Shown here: positions 17,736 to 28,671 of the stretch, one piece after another
Layout: the number at the start of each line of letters is the position of its first letter
Position numbering within the stretch: position 1 is the first letter of the stretch
Assembly: GCF_000022265.1 (NCBI RefSeq)
Contig: NC_011979.1
Location: 750,001 to 782,000 of the forward strand
DNA length: 32,000 bases
Direction: 5' to 3'
Source of the DNA: Geotalea daltonii FRC-32
Lineage (GTDB): Bacteria; Desulfobacterota; Desulfuromonadia; Geobacterales; Geobacteraceae
The notes under the pieces: generated by a model
What the model saw: only the letters and a program-made list of their open reading frames with translations
The model's database searches: none
Told to the model about the DNA's origin: nothing
Translations under genes and position numbers: made by a program

Positions 17736-19505
17736 ATGTCGATGATCCCCGACGATAAGATTAATGAGGTAAGGGAACGGGCGTCAATCCTGGAGATTGT
17801 TTCCGATTACGTCAGCCTCAGGAAATCGGGAGCCAATTACCAGGGCATATGTCCCTTCCATGGGGAAAAGACCGGTTCTTTTAATGTTAATCCTGCAAGG
17901 GGTATTTTCCATTGCTTTGGTTGCGGGGTAGGCGGCAATGCCATTTCCTTTATCATGAAGATAGAGGGCCTGTCCTTTCCTGAAGCCGTCAAATTTCTGG
18001 CTAAGCGCGTTGGTGTTACCATTGAAGAGCGCCCTCGCACGGCAACGGAAAAACGACAGAGCGATGAGAGGGAACTGCTCTACAAAATTAACGGACAGGC
18101 TGCTGCATTTTATCGTCAGCTGCTGCTCAACGATCCGGCAGGCGAAGCCGGACGGCAGTACCTGGAACGGCGCGGGGTTGATTCCGCCACGTCTGAGGCC
18201 TACGGCATCGGCTATGCCCCTGATAAGTGGGACAGCCTGACCAGACATCTGGAACAGCTGCGGGTGCCCCTCGATCTGGCCGAGAAGCTGGGCTTGATCA
18301 AGCGACGTGAAGGGGGGCGCCATTACGATGCCTTTCGCAATAGGCTTCTCTTTGTCATAGCCGACATGCATGGCCGGCCGATCGGTTTCGGCGGCCGGGT
18401 GCTTGATGATTCGCTGCCCAAATACATCAATTCGCCTGAGTCGCCCATTTACCACAAGAGCGAGGTGCTGTTCGGCCTTAACCTGTCCAAGTATGCAATG
18501 CGAGAGAAGGGCAATGGCATCATCGTCGAAGGTTACTTCGACCATTTGGCCCTCTATCAGGCCGGCATAAGAAATGTCGTTGCCACCTGCGGCACCGCGT
18601 TGACGACCGGCCACATCAAGCTGCTACAGCGTTATGCGAACAAGGTGTACACCCTGTTTGACGGGGACAGCGCCGGCAGGAAGGCCACTCTTCGCAGCAT
18701 GGAGCTTTTCCTGGATGAAAAGCTTCCTGCAAGTGTTATCGAGCTCCCACCGGGGGACGACCCTGATACTTTTCTGAAGACTCAGGGAGATGGCGCCTTT
18801 GCTGGTCATCTGGCTAAAGCAAAACCCATATTCGAATTCTTTTTCAGCGAACTTCTTGGTCAGTACGACAGTGGCACCGTCGAAGGGAAAGTCGGCACTA
18901 TTGAAGCTTTGACGCCGCATTTGATGAAAATTGTCAACCCCATAGAGCGGGACCTGTACATAAAGGAAATATCCAGGAAACTGGGTGTAGATCCTCGACA
19001 GATGCAGAAGAAGATCGGCCGATCTCCCGTTTCCAGTGCCGATCTTGCTGTACCGAGGGAACGGGTCAAACCGAGAAGCAACAAGGGTCCGGAAGAGACG
19101 CTGATTTCACTTATGGGCAAATATGCCGGGGTCATCAAGCGGGTCCGCGATTATGGTGCGGCCAATCTGTTCTCCGCCGACCTTCTGCCGATAGCAGAAG
19201 CCATCATGGCCCACAATGACTCTGAAGCCGGTATTGACTGGGCGCTGCTCCTTGAGCAGATCGATTCCACCGAAGAGCGCAGCCGCCTTGCCGGCATTTT
19301 CATGGATGACGATCATCTGGACGAGATCGATGCCAATAAGGCCTTTGATCAGTGCCGCATGAGCCGTGACCGCTCCATGCTAAAGGACGGTGATGTCAAG
19401 GAACTGAAAAAGGAACTGTCCAGACTTGATTCAGATTCGGAACGCTACTGGGAAATATTAAGGAAGTTGGATACCTTGCGAAACAAAAAATCGCAATTAC
19501 TATAG
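17736..19505 (+). CDS. dnaG: DNA primase
   Basis: CHC2 zinc finger CPFHGEKTGSFNVNPARGIFHCFGCG; TOPRIM motifs IVEGYFD and LFDGDSAG. Confidence 0.95.
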   Translation: MSMIPDDKINEVRERASILEIVSDYVSLRKSGANYQGICPFHGEKTGSFNVNPARGIFHCFGCGVGGNAISFIMKIEGLSFPEAVKFLAKRVGVTIEERPRTATEKRQSDERELLYKINGQAAAFYRQLLLNDPAGEAGRQYLERRGVDSATSEAYGIGYAPDKWDSLTRHLEQLRVPLDLAEKLGLIKRREGGRHYDAFRNRLLFVIADMHGRPIGFGGRVLDDSLPKYINSPESPIYHKSEVLFGLNLSKYAMREKGNGIIVEGYFDHLALYQAGIRNVVATCGTALTTGHIKLLQRYANKVYTLFDGDSAGRKATLRSMELFLDEKLPASVIELPPGDDPDTFLKTQGDGAFAGHLAKAKPIFEFFFSELLGQYDSGTVEGKVGTIEALTPHLMKIVNPIERDLYIKEISRKLGVDPRQMQKKIGRSPVSSADLAVPRERVKPRSNKGPEETLISLMGKYAGVIKRVRDYGAANLFSADLLPIAEAIMAHNDSEAGIDWALLLEQIDSTEERSRLAGIFMDDDHLDEIDANKAFDQCRMSRDRSMLKDGDVKELKKELSRLDSDSERYWEILRKLDTLRNKKSQLL

Positions 19506-19531
19506 ATATACAGTTGCAATGAGGTGGTGTA

Positions 19532-21292
<1,761 letters not shown>

Positions 21293-21301
21293 AATTGTAC
21301 C

Positions 21302-21335
21302 AGGCCGCACCGTCCAGAACGGCGCGGCCTTTTTA
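21302..21335 (+). terminator. Rho-independent terminator after rpoD
   Basis: AGGCCGCACCGT (21302-21313) pairs with ACGGCGCGGCCT (21319-21330) with one mismatch, followed by TTTTT. Confidence 0.65.
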
Positions 21336-21374
21336 ATAGCAGGGGGAAGGTCTCCACTGCAGCGAGGTTAAGGG

Positions 21375-22064
21375 ATGAAAAAGAAAGCAGTAATTCTCTA
21401 CAGTGGTGGTCTCGACTCCACTACTTGCATGGCAATTGCCCGTGAAGAGGGCTTTGAGCCCTATGCCATGAGCTTCGACTATGGCCAGCGGCACTCCGTG
21501 GAGTTGGCCACGGCCAAGGCCAACGCAAAGACAATGGGGGCCTCTGAACACCTGGTGGTCAGCTTCGACCTGCGCAAAGTCGGGGGAAGCGCACTGACGG
21601 CCGACTTGGATGTGCCGAAAGAAGGTATCGGGGCGGGAATCCCGGTAACCTATGTCCCGGCAAGAAATACCATTTTTCTTTCCTTTGCCCTGGGCTGGGC
21701 CGAGGTCCTTGGCGCCTTCGACATCTTCATCGGCGTAAATGCACTTGACTACTCGGGCTATCCCGATTGCCGCCCTGAATATATCGCTGCCTTTGAGGCA
21801 ACGGCCAATCTGGCCACCAGGGCCGGAGTTGAAGGGACTGGCAGATTTGTCATCCATGCTCCACTCATTGCCATGACCAAAGCAGAGATTATCCGCAAGG
21901 GCCTTGCCCTCGGGGTGGACTACGGCAGAACCCATTCCTGCTATGATCCTACCCCCGAAGGCCTAGCCTGTGGCCTCTGCGATTCATGTCGCTTGCGTCT
22001 GAAGGGTTTTGCCGAGGCAGGTGTGACTGATCCGGTCCCATATGCAGTGAGGAGCAAGAAGTGA
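21375..22064 (+). CDS. queC: 7-cyano-7-deazaguanine synthase
   Basis: PP-loop [19 protein letters not shown], and the C-terminal Zn cysteines [10 protein letters not shown]. Confidence 0.92.
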   Translation: MKKKAVILYSGGLDSTTCMAIAREEGFEPYAMSFDYGQRHSVELATAKANAKTMGASEHLVVSFDLRKVGGSALTADLDVPKEGIGAGIPVTYVPARNTIFLSFALGWAEVLGAFDIFIGVNALDYSGYPDCRPEYIAAFEATANLATRAGVEGTGRFVIHAPLIAMTKAEIIRKGLALGVDYGRTHSCYDPTPEGLACGLCDSCRLRLKGFAEAGVTDPVPYAVRSKK

Positions 22065-22133
22065 GGAGTGAGGAGAAACAACCAATGAAGGCAAAACAAA
22101 TGACTACCTCACCTCTCACCCCTCATCCCTCAC
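22047..22133. repeat. Inverted pair of GTGAGG-type heptamer arrays at the queC/folE2 junction
   Basis: GTGAGGAGCAAGAAGTGAGGAGTGAGGAG (22047-22075) faces CCTCACCTCTCACCCCTCATCCCTCAC (22107-22133). The core stem 22061-22073 pairs with 22107-22119: 13 positions, 1 mismatch and 1 wobble. Confidence 0.65.
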
Positions 22134-22915
22134 CGGATGTCATGCCCGATATGCAGAAATCCCGCGACAACCGCAATATCCCCATCAGCAAGGTTGGGGT
22201 CAAGGATATCTCGTATCCGATCGTCGTCATGGACAAAAACAAGTCCATCCAGCATACCGTTGCCCGCATCAACATGTACGTCGACCTCCCCCATCATTTC
22301 AAAGGGACGCACATGAGCCGCTTCATCGAGATCCTCAACGTCTACCGGGAAGAAATCGCTTTAGACAAGATGGAGGCCATGCTGCAGAAGATGAAGGAAA
22401 AATTGGGAGCAAGCACTGCCCATCTGGAGATAGAATTTCCCTATTTCATCGAGAAAAAAGCCCCTGCTTCGGGAGCCAAAAGCCTGATGGAATATACCTG
22501 CGAGTTCAGCGCCAGCCTTGCCTCCGACTTCGACTTCGTTCTCGGCGTCAGGGTGCCCGTTACCTCCCTCTGTCCGTGCAGCAAGGAACTGTCCCGGTAT
22601 GGCGCCCATAACCAGCGCAGTATCATGACGGTCAAGGTCCGTTACCGTGAGTTCATCTGGATCGAGGATCTTATCGAGATCGTTGAAGGGTGCGGTTCCA
22701 GTCCGGTATATTCTCTTCTTAAGCGCGAGGATGAAAAGCTGGTTACGGAAAGGGCTTATGAAAACCCGAAATTCGTAGAGGACATGGTGCGTGAGGCAAC
22801 CGAGAAGCTTCTCTCCATGGACAAAATTACCTGGTTCTCCGTGGAGGCAGAGAACTTCGAGTCAATTCACAAACATTCAGCATATGCCGCCATAGAGCGG
22901 GATAAGATGGGCTGA
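22085..22915 (+). CDS. folE2: GTP cyclohydrolase I type 2 (FolE2/MptA family)
   Basis: DMQKSRDNRNIPISKVGVKDISYPIVV...GTHMSRF...SLCPCSKE...HNQRS is typical of FolE2. The start is uncertain: ATG 22085 has AGGAG 9 nt upstream, family-like sequence only begins near ATG 22142, and the track start GTG 22061 lies inside the repeat. Confidence 0.85.
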   Translation: MKAKQMTTSPLTPHPSPDVMPDMQKSRDNRNIPISKVGVKDISYPIVVMDKNKSIQHTVARINMYVDLPHHFKGTHMSRFIEILNVYREEIALDKMEAMLQKMKEKLGASTAHLEIEFPYFIEKKAPASGAKSLMEYTCEFSASLASDFDFVLGVRVPVTSLCPCSKELSRYGAHNQRSIMTVKVRYREFIWIEDLIEIVEGCGSSPVYSLLKREDEKLVTERAYENPKFVEDMVREATEKLLSMDKITWFSVEAENFESIHKHSAYAAIERDKMG

Positions 22916-22922
22916 ATCTGCT

Positions 22923-22962
22923 TGTGGATAAATCTGTTGAAAATCCCGGAAATTGTGGATAA
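22923..22962. promoter_or_regulatory. Two perfect consensus DnaA boxes (TTATCCACA on the minus strand) in direct orientation, 31 bp apart
   Basis: TGTGGATAA at 22923-22931 and at 22954-22962. Each lies within the identical 11-mer TTGTGGATAAA (22922-22932 and 22953-22963). Confidence 0.6.
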
Positions 22963-22989
22963 AGCTAAATTTTACCAACTCATTAGTGA

Positions 22990-23697
22990 GTGTTGAGGCC
23001 TGCAATTTTGACGAAAAAAGCCCTCCTCATCTTTGCCAAGGAGCCTGTGGCAGGAGAGGTGAAAACCCGCCTCATCCCATATCTGTCGTCAGAGGCCGCT
23101 GCCGAATTATACCGCTGCATGCTCATGGATACCCTGGCCAAGGCAGCTACGCTCAAAGACGTGGATCTCTTTCTTTTTTACCATGGAGGTGCGGAGGCGG
23201 CTGCCTATTTTGATGGGTTGACAGAGGGCATGAATTTTCTGCCCCAAAGCAGTGGCGATCTTGGCGATCGGATGAAGCGCGCATTCAGGCAAGTCTTTGA
23301 ACTTGGCTACGGCAGGGCAGCGGTTATCGGGACAGATTCGCCGGATCTGCCCCTTGCCTACATCAGGGAGGCATTCCTCAAGCTGGAAGATGAGCACATC
23401 CAGGCAGTCTTCGGCCCCAGCCATGACGGAGGTTATTATCTGCTGGGACTGAAGCAGCTGCATGGTGAGCTTTTCCAGGGGATTGCCTGGTCCAGCAGCA
23501 CGGTACTGGCTGACAGCCTTGCTGCGGCTGGGAAAGGGGGTATCGGCGCGGCGCTCCTGGCAGCGTGGCACGATGTGGATACCGCCAACGACCTGCTCAG
23601 ACCTGAGCTTTTGGAATCAGCTAACGGCGCTGAACTGACGCGGGCGTTTCTCCTTGGCAGGATGAGTCCGGATCATTTCAACACCTCCAGTCCATAG
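22990..23697 (+). CDS. DUF2064 / TIGR04282-like nucleotidyl- or glycosyl-transferase-fold protein
   Basis: ALLIFAKEPVAGEVKTRL...GDLGDRM...AVIGTDSPDL...GPSHDGGYYLLG matches the DUF2064 pattern. The start is GTG 22990 or TTG 23008. Confidence 0.7.
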   Translation: MLRPAILTKKALLIFAKEPVAGEVKTRLIPYLSSEAAAELYRCMLMDTLAKAATLKDVDLFLFYHGGAEAAAYFDGLTEGMNFLPQSSGDLGDRMKRAFRQVFELGYGRAAVIGTDSPDLPLAYIREAFLKLEDEHIQAVFGPSHDGGYYLLGLKQLHGELFQGIAWSSSTVLADSLAAAGKGGIGAALLAAWHDVDTANDLLRPELLESANGAELTRAFLLGRMSPDHFNTSSP

Positions 23698-24881
23698 CCA
23701 CGCTTATCCAGATATTCAACGGTCTCCCGGATATGCTCGAACCCCCGCGTTTCCAGTTCCAGCAGGACTTCCGTCTTGCCGATGGGAAGTGCTTTAGAAC
23801 GCCGGTCGTGGGTGATGAGCGAAATGTTTGCGTTGGTGGCTGCGATATCCGCTGACAGCCTTGCCAGCGAGCCCGGCACATCATCCAGTTCCACCTTCAG
23901 CTTCAGATAGCGACCGGCGGCTAAAAGACCTCGCTCCACCACGATGGAGATGGTTTTGACATCGATATTCCCACCTGAGAGCAGGCATACCGTCTTCCCC
24001 GTCAGGGCATCCACCTTGCCGTTCAAAAGTGCAGCCAGCGTGACGGCGCCGGCTCCTTCCACCAAGAGCTTGCTTCTCTCCAGAAGCGAGACGATCGCCT
24101 GGGCGATTTCTTCCTCCTCAACCAATACCACCTCGTCAACCAAATCCCGAATGATGGGAAAGGTGTTTTTGCCGACCTTTTTCACGGCAATGCCGTCGGC
24201 CAGCGTCACCTTAATCGGGGTATCAGCAATAGCCCCCCGATGCAGCGAAGCATGCATGGATGGGGCGGCGACCGATTCGACGCCGATGATCCTCACCCGC
24301 GGACGAGTCTCCTTGATGGCCGAGGCGATGCCGGCGATGAGCCCACCACCGCCTATGGGGACGAGGATGTTGTCCACGTCAGGCAGTTGTTGGAGGATTT
24401 CCAGGCCGATGGTCCCTTGGCCCGCCATTACCAGTGGATCGTCGAAGGGATGAACGAACAGTGCCCCTGTCTCCTTCTGGGTCAGGAGAGCGGCTGCATA
24501 TGCTTCGTCGAAATTCTTTCCCGTCAGCACCACCTCTGCTCCGTAATCCCTGGTGGCGAAGACCTTCTGGGGCGGAGTACTTTCCGGCATGAAAACAACC
24601 GCTTTAACTCCGAGCAGGTCGGCTGAAAAAGCTACTCCCTGGGCATGGTTGCCTGCCGAGGCAGTAATTACCCCCTTTTCCAGCCTGATCCTCGGCTGTG
24701 CCGTCATAAAATTAAGAGCGCCGCGGATCTTGAAGGAACCCGTCCGTTGCAGGTTCTCACATTTGAGGAAGACCTGGGTACCGATTTTCTCTGTGAAATA
24801 ATGGGAATGGATCAGTTCGGTGCGACGCACCCTTTTTTTCAGGCGGTCATCCGCTTCATGGATCAGGCTGTATTCAAGCAT
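23673..24881 (-). CDS. ilvA: Threonine ammonia-lyase (PLP-dependent, single C-terminal ACT-like domain)
   Basis: PLP lysine motif TGSFKIRGALN, glycine loop PIGGGGLIAG, and a C-terminal regulatory domain. I prefer ATG 24881 (MLEYSLIHEADDRL, GGAG upstream). The longest ORF starts at 24974. Confidence 0.88.
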   Translation of the reverse strand: MLEYSLIHEADDRLKKRVRRTELIHSHYFTEKIGTQVFLKCENLQRTGSFKIRGALNFMTAQPRIRLEKGVITASAGNHAQGVAFSADLLGVKAVVFMPESTPPQKVFATRDYGAEVVLTGKNFDEAYAAALLTQKETGALFVHPFDDPLVMAGQGTIGLEILQQLPDVDNILVPIGGGGLIAGIASAIKETRPRVRIIGVESVAAPSMHASLHRGAIADTPIKVTLADGIAVKKVGKNTFPIIRDLVDEVVLVEEEEIAQAIVSLLERSKLLVEGAGAVTLAALLNGKVDALTGKTVCLLSGGNIDVKTISIVVERGLLAAGRYLKLKVELDDVPGSLARLSADIAATNANISLITHDRRSKALPIGKTEVLLELETRGFEHIRETVEYLDKRGYGLEVLK

Positions 24882-24979
24882 GGAGGGAAACTCCGAAGTG
24901 AAAAACAGTTGCGGGCGCTGGTCTGCTGTGTTGCCGTCCTTCATACCGGCTGCCCCATGACGTTTTTCAATCAATATCG

Positions 24980-25942
24980 TTAATGGTGATGGTGACCGTG
25001 GCTGCAGGCACCATGGTCATGGCTGTGGACTGCACGGGGACGATGGCGCATTTCCTTGATAATGGGGCCTTCGATACATTTTGTGCACTCGGCCTGCAAC
25101 GTGGTATGGGATATGTGGTAGCGTTCGAAAAGAAGCTCCTCAATGCGGCGCAGTACGGCTGTCTGGTCATCCTTGTAGTCGGGCAGGATGTCCACGTGGG
25201 CCGACAGGGCCAGAATATGGGAGCAGATGGTCCAGACGTTCAGGTGGTGAACGCTGTTGACTCCCTCTATGGTGCGGATCGCTTCCGATACCTGGGTGAT
25301 GCTCATGTTCCGCGGCACACCTTCCAGCAGGATATGAACGGATTCCCTGATGACGCGCCATGAACCCCAGAAAATGACAAAGCCGATGCCTACTGATACA
25401 ACTGCATCCAGCACATACCAGCCGGTGAAATACATGATCACGCCGCCGGCAATAACCCCGACGGAGGCGGCGGCGTCGCCGATGACATGGAGGAAGGCGC
25501 TGTGGACGTTGAGGTCGTCGTGGGAATGCTGATGCAGGGCCGAGGCGGACAGGAGATTCATGGCCAGGCCGACCAGGGCGATGATGAACATGGGGAGGCT
25601 CTTCACCTCTTCTGGGTGAAGGAACCTCCCCCATGCTTCATACATGATGCCGAAAGCGATGAGGAGAATCGAAACGCCGTTGATGAACGAGGCGAAGACC
25701 TCGGCCCGGTGCCAGCCGAAGGTGCGGGTTTCGGAAACGGGCATAGCGGCAAGCCTGATCGCCCCCAGGGACAAAAGCAGGGCGAACAGGTCAAGGAAAA
25801 CATGGGCCGCATCGGATAAAAGGGCTAGAGAATTGGTCCAGATGCCGCCTGCCACCTCTGCCACCAGAGTCAAGGAGGTGAGGACAATGGCATATTTGAA
25901 CCTGCCGGCGATACTTTTATCCAGATGTGCTTCAGCGCTCAT
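24980..25942 (-). CDS. czcD: Cation diffusion facilitator (Zn/Co/Cd efflux) transporter
   Basis: SLALLSDAAHVFLDL..., HVIGDAAASVGV, and a His-rich C-terminus HSHDHGACSHGHHHH. Confidence 0.9.
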   Translation of the reverse strand: MSAEAHLDKSIAGRFKYAIVLTSLTLVAEVAGGIWTNSLALLSDAAHVFLDLFALLLSLGAIRLAAMPVSETRTFGWHRAEVFASFINGVSILLIAFGIMYEAWGRFLHPEEVKSLPMFIIALVGLAMNLLSASALHQHSHDDLNVHSAFLHVIGDAAASVGVIAGGVIMYFTGWYVLDAVVSVGIGFVIFWGSWRVIRESVHILLEGVPRNMSITQVSEAIRTIEGVNSVHHLNVWTICSHILALSAHVDILPDYKDDQTAVLRRIEELLFERYHISHTTLQAECTKCIEGPIIKEMRHRPRAVHSHDHGACSHGHHHH

Positions 25943-25977
25943 GTGCGTTCCTGTTGAAGGCAGTTAATAGAACTATG

Positions 25978-26724
25978 TTAAAAGCTGACCGCCGCCTTCA
26001 GTGAATAAATGGGGCGTGCCGCATATTCAACTTCCGCGGTGATGCCCAAAAGCGGCAGGGGGGTCAGCTTCAGCCCGCCGAAGACGCGGGGCTGCCAGAG
26101 CTTTTCGCTTGCGAGTCCCGGGGAAAGGGTCAGTAGATTGCCCTTTGCCTTGCTGTCGATCCAGACCGCGCCCGCACCGGCATAGGGGGTGACCAGGACG
26201 AAGCCCTTGCTGATAGAGGCGTCGACACCGACCGTCTGCAGGTCCAGATCGCCGACACCTGCAAGTTTGGTGTAGGTGGCGCGGATACCGAGGGCAGGAG
26301 TCACGGTCGTTCCTTCCAGGATCGCCTTGCTGATCTCGGCGCCATAGAGCTTGATGTTGCTGTCCGGGACATAGGAATACATGGCGCCGATATCTATGCC
26401 GAAAGGAAGACCCTTGCGAACTCGGATTTTCGGCAGGTAGAGGTAAGAAGGAGCGTTCCCATTAAAGGCGTTTTGCCAATAATTATTAGTTCCATCTTTC
26501 TTGATGGACACGGCGGACACTTCGATTCCTGCATCGAAACCGGTAATGCCCAAGGGCTCTGCAGGGGCGGTATTTCTGTAGGCCATGGCCGTGCCGGCTT
26601 CCTTGGTCAAATGCTTGAAATCATCCTGCGTGAGTCCTGAGCTGAAACTGATGTCCCTTGCTGCAGCACTGCCGGCCATAAACAGGCCCAGGCATAAAAC
26701 CACCATAGAAATACGCTTAACCAT
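25978..26724 (-). CDS. Small predicted outer-membrane beta-barrel protein (signal peptide, alternating amphipathic strands, C-terminal Phe)
   Basis: MVKRISMVVLCLGLFMAGSAAA signal peptide; the protein ends YSLKAAVSF. AAGGAGG lies 5 nt upstream of ATG 26724. The track start at 26796 is an extension. Confidence 0.7.
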   Translation of the reverse strand: MVKRISMVVLCLGLFMAGSAAARDISFSSGLTQDDFKHLTKEAGTAMAYRNTAPAEPLGITGFDAGIEVSAVSIKKDGTNNYWQNAFNGNAPSYLYLPKIRVRKGLPFGIDIGAMYSYVPDSNIKLYGAEISKAILEGTTVTPALGIRATYTKLAGVGDLDLQTVGVDASISKGFVLVTPYAGAGAVWIDSKAKGNLLTLSPGLASEKLWQPRVFGGLKLTPLPLLGITAEVEYAARPIYSLKAAVSF

Positions 26725-26793
26725 TGCTTCCTCCTTGTGCATAGCAAATATATGTGTGTGAAGTTTAACAGAGCCCTGGCGCACGGTCAATGA

Positions 26794-27822
<1,029 letters not shown>

Positions 27823-27825
<3 letters not shown>

Positions 27826-27880
27826 GGAGTAAGGGGTGAGGGCTGAGGTGAAAAACCCGCCTTGCCTCCTCACCCCTCAC
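27823..27880. repeat. GTGAGG-type heptamer arrays forming a hairpin between trxB and comM
   Basis: 27829-27842 pairs with 27867-27880: 14 positions with 12 Watson-Crick pairs, 1 wobble and 1 mismatch. The next two flanking positions (27843-27844 with 27865-27866) are mismatched. The left array is four period-7 units starting inside the trxB stop codon. Confidence 0.6.
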
Positions 27881-27897
27881 CGAAAGACGGAGGTTCC

Positions 27898-28635
27898 ATG
27901 CTTGCCAAGGTTCTCAGCAGTGCCCTCTTGGGTATCGATGCCATAATGGTAGATGTGGAGGTGGATATTGCCCAGGGACTGCCTCAATTTGCCACAGTCG
28001 GGCTTCCTGACGGGGCGGTGAAGGAGAGCAAGGACCGGGTAAAGTCGGCGCTGAAAAATTCCGGTTACGAGTTCCCCAATCGCAAGATCACCGTCAACCT
28101 GGCCCCTGCCGATGTGAAAAAGGAAGGGGCAGCCTTCGATCTCCCCATCTCCATCGGCATCATGGCTGCAACCGGGATCGTCAAGCCCGACCACTTGAAG
28201 AAATACCTGCTTCTGGGGGAACTGTCCCTGGATGGGGGTGTCAAGCCGGTTCGGGGTTGTCTTTCCGTGGCCGTGGCGGCAAAAAATGCCGGGCTTGCCG
28301 GCATTATAGTTCCCGAAGAGAATGCCCGCGAAGGGGCGGTGGTCGAGGGAATAGAAGTTATCGGTGTTTCCGAACTGGCCCAGGTGGTGGAATTCCTCAA
28401 CGGCGAACGGCCCATTATTCCCTATTCAGTAGATATTCAACAGCTCTTTAGCCAGAGCTCCGAGCACAACGACGACTTTTCGGAAGTGAAGGGGCAGGAA
28501 CACGCCAAGCGGGCGCTGGAGGTGGCTGCTGCCGGTGGGCACAATATTTTGATATTGTGGCCTATAAAACCCCAGATATCTGCCATATCATTTGCTGACT
28601 CATATTTTACAGAACTCGCTTTCAAGGCGGCTTAA
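27898..28635 (+). pseudogene. comM: 5' half of comM/yifB (Mg-chelatase-like, Lon-protease-like N-domain), interrupted. Family-like sequence ends near 28553 and the rest of the ORF reads through into foreign DNA
   Basis: MLAKVLSSALLGIDAIMVDVEVDIAQGLPQFATVGLPDGAVKESKDRV...FSEVKGQEHAKRALEVAAAGGHNIL is the standard ComM N-terminus. The expected Walker A (GPPGxGKT) and the whole AAA+ C-terminal half are absent. Confidence 0.8.
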
Positions 28636-28671
28636 CATACCATTTTTGATTACCAACACTACTATTGACCG

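Noticed and set aside
21293-21374. preQ1 riboswitch upstream of queC
   Set aside because: After the rpoD terminator, the remaining approximately 40 nt show no preQ1-I-like short hairpin followed by an A-rich tail. I could not fit any riboswitch consensus by eye. An Infernal/Rfam scan would settle it.
22916-22989. Replication origin (oriC)
   Set aside because: Only two DnaA boxes are present. There is no AT-rich unwinding element, no cluster of additional boxes, and no dnaA, dnaN or gyrB nearby. It is kept as a DnaA-binding regulatory candidate instead.
23673-23697. 25-nt convergent overlap of the DUF2064 gene and ilvA 3' ends
   Set aside because: Short convergent overlaps of stop-proximal codons are common in compact genomes, and I saw no associated structure. 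It is noted only as a coordinate detail.
28554-28635. Last 27 codons of the comM ORF (ILWPIKPQISAISFADSYFTELAFKAA*)
   Set aside because: This is read-through into island DNA after the break, not part of ComM. It replaces the Walker A region and is AT-rich.
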